A stretch of DNA of 64,000 nucleotides, taken from contig CAJQJY010000009.1 in assembly GCA_905478765.1 (NCBI GenBank), positions 298-64,297 on the forward strand. Reading direction: 5' to 3'. The DNA comes from an uncultured Flavobacteriales bacterium (GTDB lineage Bacteria > Bacteroidota > Bacteroidia > Flavobacteriales > BACL11). Made by a program: the position numbers and the translations under genes. How positions within the stretch are numbered: the stretch's first letter is position 1; the number at the start of each line of letters is the position of its first letter. The notes under the pieces were generated by a model. The model saw only the letters and a program-made list of their open reading frames with translations, made no database searches and was not told the DNA's origin. Of the stretch, positions 49,197-59,200 are shown piece after piece.

Positions 49197-52100
49197 TTAA
49201 TTTCTTTTTGATTTTACTTCTTTCTTTTTAATAGTATCTAACATAATAGGAGATGCTACAAATAGTGAAGAGTAAGTACCCACAATAACACCCACCATTA
49301 AAGCAAACATAAACCCTCTAATTACCTCACCTCCAAAAATAAAGATTATAAGTAATACAAAGAATGTAGTTAAAGATGTATTTACCGTTCTACTTAGTGT
49401 AGAATTCAATGCGCCATTAATTAACTCATGTACCCCTTTCTTAGTATTGTTATTCATAAACTCCCTTACCCTATCAAATACTACCACAGTATCATTAAGA
49501 GAATAACCGATAATAGTAAGTAAAGCAGCAATAAATGCTTGATCAATCTCTAAAGAGAAAGGCAACATACCATAGAAAATAGAAAATATAGAAAGTACAA
49601 TTAATACATCATGGAATACTGCAGCAACAGCACCTAAACTAAATTGCCATTTTCTAAATCTTACTAAAATATATAAGAAGATAATTAACAATGAGAAGAA
49701 CACTGACCATACAGCTGCATCTTTAATATCATCAGCAATAGTAGGCCCAACTTTTTGAGAACTCATAACCTCATATTGTAAGCCAGTAGTAACTAATCCT
49801 TCATTTAATTTTGATTCAACAATTGCATCAGTAGTAATTTCATTACTTTCAATCATAAATGAAGTAGTAATTTTTACTTGATTATCATTACCAAAAGTTT
49901 TAACTTGAGGTGTATAATTCAACCCATCAGCATCAACAAATATAGCCGATAAAGATGCTCTTAAATCTTCATTATTTATAGTTTCATCAAACCTAACAAC
50001 ATAAGTTCTTCCACCTACAAAATCAACACCATAATTTAATCCTTTAGTCACTAACGAACCTATACCAATTAAAATAATTACAGAAGACAAAATGTAGAAT
50101 TTTTTTCTTTTTCCAATAAAATCAATGTTAATGTTTTTAAATGCACCATCAGTTAGTTTAGTAGTAAAAGAAAGTGTTTTACCTTTCGCTAATCTTGCTG
50201 AAATAACTAATCTTGTAATAAAGATCGCTGCAAAAAGTGAAGTTAAAATACCAATAACAAGTGTAGTAGCAAATCCTTTAATTGGACCTGTACCAAAAGT
50301 ATAAAGAATAATACCCGTTAATAAAGTAGTAACATTAGCGTCAATAATTGAACTGTATGCACTGTTATATCCATCAGAAATTGCTAATCTTAATCCTTTA
50401 CCATTTCTCAATTCCTCACGAATTCTTTCATAAATAAGTACATTTGCATCAACCGACATACCAATAGTAAGAATAATACCTGCAATACCTGGAAGCGTAA
50501 GTACTGCGCCTAATGATGATAACACACCAAAGATAAAAAATACATTCGCTATAAGAGCAATGTTAGAAACTATACCCGCACTACTATAATAGAATATCAT
50601 GTATGCTAATACTAAAAGTAAGGCAAAAATAAATGATGACATACCAGCATTAATTGCTTCCTCGCCAAGAGAAGGACCAACAATTGCTTCTTCAATAATA
50701 CGAGCAGGAGCAGGTAATTTACCAGACTTTAAAATGTTAGCTAAATCCTTTGCCTCATTTAAAGTAAAATTACCAGTAATAGAAGATCTTCCTCCAGCAA
50801 TTTCAGCTTGTACAGTTGGGTAAGAATACACATAACCATCAAGTACAATAGCAACAGATTTCCCGATATTATCAGCAGTTAGTCTTTTCCATTGTTTAGC
50901 TCCCTCTGCATTCATTTCCATAGAAACCTCAGCTGTTGAACTATACTGACCAAAAGCTTCATTTGCATCAGTTACAACATCACCCTCCATAGCAGCCTTA
51001 CCACCTCTATCAGATTTTAAAGCAACCAACTGAACAAATTTTCCATCAGGATCATAAGGTTTTACAGTATAAGAAAATTTTGCATCAACAGGAAAGAACT
51101 TTCTTACTGCATTGTCACTTAAGTAAGCATTAACAGCAGAAGTGTCTTTTACAGCACATACTCCAACTACAGGACCTGGATTTAACTGACCTGTTTGCTG
51201 ATTAACATTAGGGTATAAAACAGCATATAATGGATTTTCAGCAGCAAATTCTTCAAAGCTTAATCCTGCACTTGCAGAATCGGATACTAATGAATCACTT
51301 TCCAAAACATCAACCAATAAAGAGTTTTCATCTTCAGTTTCTTCAATAGTTTTCTCAGCTTTCAATTCCTCAACAATTGTAATTTCTTCAGTAGTATCTG
51401 TCGTACTTGCATTTGCATTTTCTATATCTCTTAAATATGCATTAGCAGATTCGAATCCTTGAAACAACTCATTATATTCGTAAGTTTCCCAGAACTCTAA
51501 TTGAGCAGTAGATTGCAATAATTTTCTTGCTCTTTCAGGATCTTTAATACCAGGCAGTTCAACTAAAATTCTTCCAGCAGTCTCTAACCTCTGTATATTT
51601 GGTTGTGTTACCCCAAAACGGTCAATTCTACTTCTTAAGATATTAAATGAACGAGAAATTGCATCTTCAACCTCAATAGCTAAAACAGCAATAACCTCTT
51701 GGTTAGTTGAAGCAAATTGGATTTTATCTCTTAAATCAGGAGTTGAGAAAATTGCAGATAAACCAATATTTGCACCTGGAGCAACTTTTTCATATTCCAT
51801 TCCAAAAAGAGTAACAAAATCATCTTGACTGTCCTTTTGAGCATTTAAAGTATTGGTAATTGCAGTAGTAAACGCTACATCTTTACTATTATTAGACAAT
51901 GCTTTAACAACATCAACAACCATAACTTCAAGAGTTACATTCATTCCCCCCTTAAGGTCAAGTCCTAAATTTAATTCTCTTTGCTGACACTCAGCAAAAG
52001 TATATTCAGTTAAAAAAATATCAAATACTGGCTCACTATTAATTGAATCTAAATAGAATTTTTGTTTTGCTTCTTGTTCATCAGCTTCATAATTTGCAGC

Positions 52101-52214
52101 ATAAGCAACCGCATCATCTTCTACTCCACCAACAATCCAAGTAAACGATAGTTGGTACAGACAAACTACTGCGAATAGGATTGCGAAAATTTTAATAACA
52201 TTTCTGTTTTGCAT
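49197..52214 (-). CDS. secDF: Protein translocase SecDF fusion protein
   Basis: 1005 aa with two 6-TM bundles and a large periplasmic domain. LGLDLKGGMNVTLEV, PSLGEEAI, and a SecF half with GVDFVGGR. Confidence 0.93.
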   Translation of the reverse strand: MQNRNVIKIFAILFAVVCLYQLSFTWIVGGVEDDAVAYAANYEADEQEAKQKFYLDSINSEPVFDIFLTEYTFAECQQRELNLGLDLKGGMNVTLEVMVVDVVKALSNNSKDVAFTTAITNTLNAQKDSQDDFVTLFGMEYEKVAPGANIGLSAIFSTPDLRDKIQFASTNQEVIAVLAIEVEDAISRSFNILRSRIDRFGVTQPNIQRLETAGRILVELPGIKDPERARKLLQSTAQLEFWETYEYNELFQGFESANAYLRDIENANASTTDTTEEITIVEELKAEKTIEETEDENSLLVDVLESDSLVSDSASAGLSFEEFAAENPLYAVLYPNVNQQTGQLNPGPVVGVCAVKDTSAVNAYLSDNAVRKFFPVDAKFSYTVKPYDPDGKFVQLVALKSDRGGKAAMEGDVVTDANEAFGQYSSTAEVSMEMNAEGAKQWKRLTADNIGKSVAIVLDGYVYSYPTVQAEIAGGRSSITGNFTLNEAKDLANILKSGKLPAPARIIEEAIVGPSLGEEAINAGMSSFIFALLLVLAYMIFYYSSAGIVSNIALIANVFFIFGVLSSLGAVLTLPGIAGIILTIGMSVDANVLIYERIREELRNGKGLRLAISDGYNSAYSSIIDANVTTLLTGIILYTFGTGPIKGFATTLVIGILTSLFAAIFITRLVISARLAKGKTLSFTTKLTDGAFKNINIDFIGKRKKFYILSSVIILIGIGSLVTKGLNYGVDFVGGRTYVVRFDETINNEDLRASLSAIFVDADGLNYTPQVKTFGNDNQVKITTSFMIESNEITTDAIVESKLNEGLVTTGLQYEVMSSQKVGPTIADDIKDAAVWSVFFSLLIIFLYILVRFRKWQFSLGAVAAVFHDVLIVLSIFSIFYGMLPFSLEIDQAFIAALLTIIGYSLNDTVVVFDRVREFMNNNTKKGVHELINGALNSTLSRTVNTSLTTFFVLLIIFIFGGEVIRGFMFALMVGVIVGTYSSLFVASPIMLDTIKKKEVKSKRN

Positions 52215-52248
52215 AATCTTTATTTTTATCGTGTTTTTTTAAAGTCGG

Positions 52249-52256
52249 CAAATATA
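52249..52256 (-). promoter_or_regulatory. -7 box TATATTTG upstream of secDF
   Basis: Matches TAnnTTTG on the minus strand, 34 nt before ATG 52214. Confidence 0.25.
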
Positions 52257-52378
52257 AAATTATAAAGCAAATAATACAATTACTATATAGGAAACTTTAC
52301 TCATGAGTATGTAAGATAAAAAGTAATAAGATTATCTACTGTAAAAAATATTGTGTTATTTTGTAAAAAAATTATCAA

Positions 52379-54562
52379 ATGAGACTAAAACACGCTTTTA
52401 TTTTAGGATTTATATTCTCTTCAATTTTATCATTTTCACAAATGACATTAAACAGAGACACGTCACTTCATTTTACTGAAAATGGAACACAATTCTCATC
52501 TCCATTATCTGGTGGAATAAATGCTGGACAATTTTCAAATATTGATTTAAATTTAGATGGAGTAATGGATTTAGTGGTTTTTGATAAATCAGGCAATAAA
52601 ATAAGTCCTTTTATAAATGAAAATGGAACTTATATATACGCACCAAAATACAGAGAGAATTTTCCATCCGTACACGACTGGATGCTTTTAGAAGACTACA
52701 ACTGTGATGGGAAAAATGACATCTACACCTACTCGTCAGGAGGAATGGCAATTTATAAAAACACCTCAACCACAAGCCTAAGTTTTAGCCTAGTCACCTC
52801 TCTGGTTTTGTCAAATTACGGATCCAACAACCTAAATATTTACATCAGCCCAGTTGATATTCCTGCTATTACTGACATTGATTATGATGGTGATTTGGAC
52901 ATCCTTACATTTTCTATTTTGGGAGGATTTGTAGAGTACCACAAAAACATGGCTATGGAACTTATAGGAAGTTGTGATACTGTTGCTTTTGAGTTTTCAG
53001 AAAGTTGCTGGGGACTTTTTTATGAAGGACTAAATTCTTACATACTTAATTGCCCTAATTGTCAATGCCCTCAAGTTGAAAACCCTAATAATTTAAATGC
53101 AAAAGAAAAACATGCTGGTTCAACTTTACTTGCTATTGATATTGATAATGACGATGATAAAGATTTAGTTCTTGGAGATATTAGCTACAACAACTTGAAT
53201 CTATTAATTAATGGTGGCGATAATCAAAATGCAATAATGACAGCTGTTGATTCTATTTTTCCTCAAAATTTTAACAGTACAATAGCTGCAGAAATGCATG
53301 TTTACCCAGGTTCTTATTATGTTGATGTTACAAATGACGGTGTAAAAGATTTGATAGTTACTACAAATAGTGAAAACAATTCTGAGAACTATGAAAGTTG
53401 TTGGCTCTATGAAAATTCTGGGCAAAATAACTTACCAGATTTTTCTTTTGTTCAAAATGACTTTTTACAACAAAATATGATTGATTTAGGTGCTGGCTCC
53501 CACCCTCATTTTTATGACTACAACAATGACGGTTTACAAGATTTGGTGGTTGGGAATTATGGCTACCATGATCCAAACAATGACCCTATTTCATCATTAG
53601 CTTTATTTGAGAATATTGGCAATGATTCTGTTGCTGAGTTTAATTTAATTGATAGGGACTGGCTTAATATATCGTCAATTAATTTAAATACAATCTTGAA
53701 TATCCCGGCTTTAAATTTAAGTCCAACTTTTGGGGATATTAATGGAGATGGAACTCAAGATTTGATTGTTGGTGATGCTGATGGAAAAGTGCATCTTTTC
53801 ACTAATAATGGTGGAGGGAATTTACAACTTTCTGCACCTAATTATCAAGGAATTGATGTTGGGCAGTTTGCACACCCTCAACTTATAGATGTAAATAGCG
53901 ATGGACTTATTGATCTTATTATAGGAGAACAAGATGGAACAATTAACTACTTACCTAATTCCGGAAGTATGTCAACTGCTGTCTTTGATACTACTATTAC
54001 AAACTGGGGTGGGATTGATGTAGATGCTAATTTTATTAGCACAGGCTATAGTAGTCCTAAATTGATTGATAGCAATGGCGTTTATCAGCTTTTTGTGGGG
54101 AGTTATAGCGGAACAATTTATCAATTTACCAATATTGACGGAAACCTAAATGGACTATTCTCTCCAGTAAACAGTACTGTTAATTCAATTTGGGATGGAG
54201 GAAAATGTACTTTTACTTTTGCAGACATCAATAATGATAATCAGCCAGACATGATAGTTGGAAACTTATCTGGAGGTATTGCTTATTTTAGTAGTGATTC
54301 TCTTTTAACAGATACTACATCATCAAGTATTAACAATCAAATTACTGAAGAATATCTTCAAATTTTTCCGAATCCTGCAAAAGATAGTTTTACATTAAAA
54401 AGTAAATCAAAAGGACACGTAACTGTTAAAAATTTATTAGGAAATACTATTTATATTAGTATGAAAAATAACACTACTCTTTTAGTTAATACATCTAATT
54501 TTCCTAAAGGAATTTATATTGTACTTTTTGAAGGCTTAAGCAGAAAGCTAATTGTTGAATAA
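52379..54562 (+). CDS. FG-GAP/VCBS repeat protein with T9SS C-terminal sorting domain
   Basis: 727 aa with a signal peptide. Repeated D-x-[ND]-x-D-G-x-x-D blades (DLNLDGVMDLVVFD, DYNCDGKNDIY, DINGDGTQDLIVGDADG, DVNSDGLIDLIIGE, DINNDNQPDMIVG). Tail IFPNPAKDSFTL...GIYIVLF. Confidence 0.8.
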   Translation: MRLKHAFILGFIFSSILSFSQMTLNRDTSLHFTENGTQFSSPLSGGINAGQFSNIDLNLDGVMDLVVFDKSGNKISPFINENGTYIYAPKYRENFPSVHDWMLLEDYNCDGKNDIYTYSSGGMAIYKNTSTTSLSFSLVTSLVLSNYGSNNLNIYISPVDIPAITDIDYDGDLDILTFSILGGFVEYHKNMAMELIGSCDTVAFEFSESCWGLFYEGLNSYILNCPNCQCPQVENPNNLNAKEKHAGSTLLAIDIDNDDDKDLVLGDISYNNLNLLINGGDNQNAIMTAVDSIFPQNFNSTIAAEMHVYPGSYYVDVTNDGVKDLIVTTNSENNSENYESCWLYENSGQNNLPDFSFVQNDFLQQNMIDLGAGSHPHFYDYNNDGLQDLVVGNYGYHDPNNDPISSLALFENIGNDSVAEFNLIDRDWLNISSINLNTILNIPALNLSPTFGDINGDGTQDLIVGDADGKVHLFTNNGGGNLQLSAPNYQGIDVGQFAHPQLIDVNSDGLIDLIIGEQDGTINYLPNSGSMSTAVFDTTITNWGGIDVDANFISTGYSSPKLIDSNGVYQLFVGSYSGTIYQFTNIDGNLNGLFSPVNSTVNSIWDGGKCTFTFADINNDNQPDMIVGNLSGGIAYFSSDSLLTDTTSSSINNQITEEYLQIFPNPAKDSFTLKSKSKGHVTVKNLLGNTIYISMKNNTTLLVNTSNFPKGIYIVLFEGLSRKLIVE

Positions 54563-54570
54563 AGTTTTCT

Positions 54571-54578
54571 TACTTTTG
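54571..54578 (+). promoter_or_regulatory. -7 box TACTTTTG upstream of the TonB-dependent receptor
   Basis: Matches TAnnTTTG 17 nt before ATG 54596. Confidence 0.25.
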
Positions 54579-54595
54579 CTATACTGAAATTATAA

Positions 54596-57448
54596 ATGAG
54601 AAAACTTTTATCTTTTTTTTTACTGCTATTATTTACATTCTCTGCTATTGCTCAAATACAGATTAAAGGAAAAATTATTGATGGGCTTTCTAACGAAACA
54701 TTAATTGGCGCAACAGTAATAATAAAAGAAAGTGGCAAAGGAATTTCAACTAACTTTGATGGAGAATACTCAATCATTTACAAAGGGAAATTACCAACAA
54801 TATTAAGCATTAGCTACTTAGGATACAAAAGTCTAGAAATTGAAGTAAATTCACAAAACCCTAAAGCAATTAAACTTTTTGCTGATAGTAAAAACTTAAA
54901 AGAAGTTAAGGTTGTTGATAGCAGAATTACTCAGAAACAAAAAGAATCTGCACTTACAGTTGAATCTCTAGATATGATTGCAATTAAAGAAACACCTTCT
55001 GCTAATTTTTATGATGGCCTTGGAGCGCTTAAAGGAGTTGACATTACATCTGCAAGTTTAGGATTTAAAGTAATTAACACAAGAGGTTTTAATAGCACAT
55101 CTCCTGTTCGTTCACTTCAAATAATTGATGGAGTTGATAATCAATCACCAGGACTTAACTTTTCATTAGGTAATTTTTTAGGATCATCAGAACTTGATAT
55201 ACAAAGAGTAGAAATTATCCAAGGAGCAAGTTCAGCTTATTACGGTCCTAACGCTTTTAATGGTGTTATTAGCTTGGAAACAAGAAATCCATTTATGCAA
55301 CCAGGCCTTTCTATTCAATATAAGTTTGGGAGCAGGAATTTATTTGAAAACTCTGTTAGGTTAGCAGAAAAATTCCAAAACAGCAAAGGAGAAGATATCT
55401 TTGCATTTAAAATTAATGTATCATATATGCAAGCCCATGATTGGGAAGCAGATAATATGGCTGCAGTTGATGGAACAACTTCATCTGATAATCCAGGAGG
55501 TTATGATGCAATCAATAGATATGGTGATGAAGATACTGATGGGAATTTAAATGATGTAAGAGATAACTTTAACTTAAACTACTTTACACATCCTGGATTA
55601 GGCAAATTCCACAGAACAGGATATATGGAGAAAGATATTGTTGATTATAATACAAAAAATTTTAAAGCACAATCTTCTTTACATTTTATGTTAACTCCTA
55701 AAACTGAGTTAATCTATGCCTTAAATTACAGTACAGGAACAACTGTTTACCAAGGGGATAACAGATTTAGTTTAAAAAACATTCAGTTTTGGCAAAATAA
55801 ACTTGAATTAAGGCAAAAGGATAAGTTTTTTATACGAGCTTATAGAACTGAAGAAGATGCAGGAGATAGTTATGATGCAGTTTTTACAGCTTTAAAATTA
55901 CAAGAATACAATCAAGTTGACAACCAACAATGGTATACAGCTTATAAAAACAACTGGAAAGACAATTTTAGTTGGGATGATGTAAACTTTGAGTATTTAA
56001 TGCAATTAGATTCTATGGATTTTAATACTGGTAGTTTTTACTACAGTTATTTAATTAACGAAACTGCTTACAATCAAAATGAGTTTACAAATATTTGCGA
56101 TTCTGTTTTAAATGCAAATACTGATCTAATTATTGCAAATCATGGTACTGTTCGTGATTTAACTGATTTAGAATCAAATAGACTTGTACCAGGAACTGAA
56201 GAATTTAAAGCTGCTTTAGAAGACATCACTTCAAAAACAGCTTATTTAAATGGAGGAACTGGATTTTATGACAAATCAGCTTTAAACCATATACACTCAG
56301 AATATCAATTTAACAAAGATTTTGCAACTATAAAGATTGGTGCAAATTTCAGACAATATAATCCTGACACAAAAGGGAGTTTGTTTATGGATACCTCAAC
56401 TATGATTACAAATAAAGAAGCAGGATTCTATACAGGAATTGCAACAAATTTATTTGGTGATTTTTTAAAGATGAATAGTACATTTAGAGCAGATAAAAAT
56501 GAAAACTTTGATTTGAATTTTTCTCCTGCAATGTCTTTGGTTTTAAAGCCCAGTGAAAAAGATATTATTCGTTTTTCATTCTCATCTGCAATTAGGAATC
56601 CAACACTCTCTGATCAATACTTATTTTATAATGTTGGTAGAGCCATTTTGATTGGAAATCTTCAAGGGCATGGAGAAGATTATGGAGAGAACTTAGTGAC
56701 AGTTCAATCTCTGATCAATTATTATTTACCAGCACAGCTATCAAAAGATAGTTTAGAATTTTTTAGTGTAGCCCCAATAAAACCTGAAAAAGCACAATCA
56801 TTTGAAGTGGGATATAGAAGTACTTTTTTCAACAAAGTATATTTAGATGCAAATTATTATTATTCAAAATACACTGATTTTATTGGTTATCAAATTGGAG
56901 TTAAATTTGACACCATCGGTAATAGTAATCCTGATGCCTATGACATTTCAATGCCTTCAATTCAAGCTTACAGAATGGCTGCAAACGCCCAAAGCACAGT
57001 AACAACCCAAGGAGCATCAATTGGTATGAATTATTATTTATCTCCCAACATTACTCTTAACGGAAACTACTCCTGGAATAAACTAAATAAAAAAGGAGAA
57101 GACGACCCAATTATTCCTGCTTACAACACACCAGAGCACAAATACAATCTGGGTGTAATTGGTAGAGATATTCATTTATCTGCAACAAAGAATATTTTGC
57201 GTGATTTTAGCTTTAGCATTAACTATAAATGGGTTGAAGAATTTATTTTTGAAGGATCTCCACAGTTTACTGGAATTGTGCCAACTTATGATTTAGTAGA
57301 TTTACAAATCAGCAAAAAAATGCAACAATTAAATGCAACAATTAAAGTAGGGTCATCTAATTTATTAAACAATATGCACTATGAAGTGTATGGTGGTCCA
57401 TATATAGGAAGGATGACTTATTGCTCTCTGTTATTTGATATCAAATAA
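54596..57448 (+). CDS. TonB-dependent outer-membrane receptor with N-terminal carboxypeptidase-regulatory-like domain
   Basis: 950 aa. IKGKIIDGLSNETLIGATVII CRD, plug region (VESLDMIAIKETPSANFYDGL, VEIIQGASSAYYGPNAFNGVI), a long beta-barrel, and an aromatic-rich C-terminus. Confidence 0.85.
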   Translation: MRKLLSFFLLLLFTFSAIAQIQIKGKIIDGLSNETLIGATVIIKESGKGISTNFDGEYSIIYKGKLPTILSISYLGYKSLEIEVNSQNPKAIKLFADSKNLKEVKVVDSRITQKQKESALTVESLDMIAIKETPSANFYDGLGALKGVDITSASLGFKVINTRGFNSTSPVRSLQIIDGVDNQSPGLNFSLGNFLGSSELDIQRVEIIQGASSAYYGPNAFNGVISLETRNPFMQPGLSIQYKFGSRNLFENSVRLAEKFQNSKGEDIFAFKINVSYMQAHDWEADNMAAVDGTTSSDNPGGYDAINRYGDEDTDGNLNDVRDNFNLNYFTHPGLGKFHRTGYMEKDIVDYNTKNFKAQSSLHFMLTPKTELIYALNYSTGTTVYQGDNRFSLKNIQFWQNKLELRQKDKFFIRAYRTEEDAGDSYDAVFTALKLQEYNQVDNQQWYTAYKNNWKDNFSWDDVNFEYLMQLDSMDFNTGSFYYSYLINETAYNQNEFTNICDSVLNANTDLIIANHGTVRDLTDLESNRLVPGTEEFKAALEDITSKTAYLNGGTGFYDKSALNHIHSEYQFNKDFATIKIGANFRQYNPDTKGSLFMDTSTMITNKEAGFYTGIATNLFGDFLKMNSTFRADKNENFDLNFSPAMSLVLKPSEKDIIRFSFSSAIRNPTLSDQYLFYNVGRAILIGNLQGHGEDYGENLVTVQSLINYYLPAQLSKDSLEFFSVAPIKPEKAQSFEVGYRSTFFNKVYLDANYYYSKYTDFIGYQIGVKFDTIGNSNPDAYDISMPSIQAYRMAANAQSTVTTQGASIGMNYYLSPNITLNGNYSWNKLNKKGEDDPIIPAYNTPEHKYNLGVIGRDIHLSATKNILRDFSFSINYKWVEEFIFEGSPQFTGIVPTYDLVDLQISKKMQQLNATIKVGSSNLLNNMHYEVYGGPYIGRMTYCSLLFDIK

Positions 57449-57488
57449 AAGTTGTAACATTGTAACTTAATAAATAAAAAATAAAATT

Positions 57489-59138
57489 ATGAAAAAAACT
57501 TTACAATCAATTTTAGCTGTTCTCTTTTTAAGTATTGGTATTTCTGCTGATGCTCAAACCAGATATCTTGATGATATCTTTACTGGAGTTACAGTAACTT
57601 CTGATGTTGTTTATGCAAATAACATTAGTATTTTACCAATGTTACAGAGTTTACCTCCTGCTGCAACTGATTTAGTGTGTGATATTTACGAGCCAACAGG
57701 AGATAGTATTGTTAATCGACCAGTAATCATATTAGCTCATACAGGTTCATTTTTACCTGCAGTAGTTAATGGTCAACCAACAGGAACAAAAACTGATTCA
57801 TCTATTGTTGAGCAATGTACTAGATGGGCAAAGAAAGGTTATGTTGCTGTTGCTTTTAGCAACAGACTAGGTTGGAATCCAACATCAACTGACCAAGCGA
57901 CTAGAACTTCTTCTCTTATACAAGCTGCATACAGAGGAATACAAGATGCAAGAGCTATGGTAAGATACATGAGAATGACTGAGGCTACTGGAAATACTTA
58001 TGGCATTGACCCTACAAAAATCGTCATCGGTGGGCATGGCACTGGAGCTTATATCTCATTAGGAGTAGCTACTTTAGATACAGCAACTCAGATGTATATT
58101 CCTAAATTTATGAATTTAGCAACTACACCTCCATCACCTTATGTTTATGCTCCTTTCTTTGGTAATGTAAATGGAACTGACTCTGCATTTCTGCCTGATT
58201 TTGCTTCTCCAACAGGGCAAACTGAGTTATGGAATATTCCTAACAACCCTTCTTACAGTTCCGAAGTAAGTATGGCATTTAATTTAGGTGGAGCTCTTGC
58301 TGATATTTCTTGGCTACAATTAGGAGACGTGCCAATTGTTTCTTTCCATTGTGAGAATGATCCTTATGCTCCAATTGATACTGGAGATGTAATTGTACCA
58401 ACAACTGGTGATTTTGTTGTAGAGGTTATGGGAAGTAGAACAGTACAACATTATTCAAATCAATATATGAATAATGATGTTTTTGTACAAGCAGGCTTTA
58501 CTGATGTATATACTACTGCTGCAAATGTAAATAATAGTGGATATGAAGGTTTAAATGTTTTTTTAACACCTGTTCCATCTACCGCTCCAAATGCTTTTTT
58601 AGAATCTTATGAAGAGGAAGGCTCTCCTTGGGATTGGTGGGATAACGCAACTTATGATGCAATGTTCCAAGCTGTAAATAGTGCTCCTGCTGGATATGGT
58701 GCTGCAAACTCATTATTAGGAAATCCTGATATGTCAGCAACAAAAGGAAGAGCTTATATTGATACTATTCAAGGTTATTTAAATCCAAGAATATATGCTG
58801 CTTTAAACCTTCCAAGCACATCAATTCTTGGTATTTATGGATGTACGGATGTTTTAGCTTGCAATTACGATCCTACTTCCAACAGTGATGATGGAAGTTG
58901 TGACCTTCCAGATGGATGTGGTGACCCACTATATGTTGAGTATGATGCTTCAGTAACTTGTAGTGACCCTAGCGCTTGTATTTCCCTTATCACAACTGGA
59001 GTTGAAGAAATAACTTCTGACAAAAAACTAGTTAAAATAACAGATATCTTAGGAAAAACAACAATACCAACAAAAAACACTACACTTTTCTACATCTATG
59101 ATGATGGAAGTGTAGAGAAGAAAATTATTATTGAATAA
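57489..59138 (+). CDS. Secreted alpha/beta-hydrolase-like protein with Cys-rich module and short CTD-like tail
   Basis: 549 aa with a signal peptide. PVIILAHTGSF (oxyanion-hole-like) and IVIGGHGTGAY at the expected nucleophile elbow. GCTDVLACNYDPTSNSDDGSC module. Tail KLVKITDILGKTT...FYIYDDGSVEKKIIIE. Confidence 0.55.
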   Translation: MKKTLQSILAVLFLSIGISADAQTRYLDDIFTGVTVTSDVVYANNISILPMLQSLPPAATDLVCDIYEPTGDSIVNRPVIILAHTGSFLPAVVNGQPTGTKTDSSIVEQCTRWAKKGYVAVAFSNRLGWNPTSTDQATRTSSLIQAAYRGIQDARAMVRYMRMTEATGNTYGIDPTKIVIGGHGTGAYISLGVATLDTATQMYIPKFMNLATTPPSPYVYAPFFGNVNGTDSAFLPDFASPTGQTELWNIPNNPSYSSEVSMAFNLGGALADISWLQLGDVPIVSFHCENDPYAPIDTGDVIVPTTGDFVVEVMGSRTVQHYSNQYMNNDVFVQAGFTDVYTTAANVNNSGYEGLNVFLTPVPSTAPNAFLESYEEEGSPWDWWDNATYDAMFQAVNSAPAGYGAANSLLGNPDMSATKGRAYIDTIQGYLNPRIYAALNLPSTSILGIYGCTDVLACNYDPTSNSDDGSCDLPDGCGDPLYVEYDASVTCSDPSACISLITTGVEEITSDKKLVKITDILGKTTIPTKNTTLFYIYDDGSVEKKIIIE

Positions 59139-59160
59139 TAAATTCTTTTATCAATATTTA

Positions 59161-59189
59161 AAAGGGAAGCATTTTGCTTCCCTTTTTTT
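59161..59189 (+). terminator. Rho-independent terminator after the hydrolase-like gene
   Basis: AAAGGGAAGC atttt GCTTCCCTTT followed by TTTT. Confidence 0.75.
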
Positions 59190-59196
59190 ATCTTTG
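59189..59196 (+). promoter_or_regulatory. -7 box TATCTTTG 4 nt upstream of the dapD ATG
   Basis: TATCTTTG ccct ATG. The box begins at the last T of the terminator T-tract. Confidence 0.3.
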
Positions 59197-59200
59197 CCCT

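Noticed and set aside
57452-57466. Direct repeat TTGTAAC-A-TTGTAAC between the TonB-dependent receptor and the hydrolase-like gene
   Set aside because: At 15 nt in AT-rich DNA it could arise by chance. I saw no second copy or palindromic partner.
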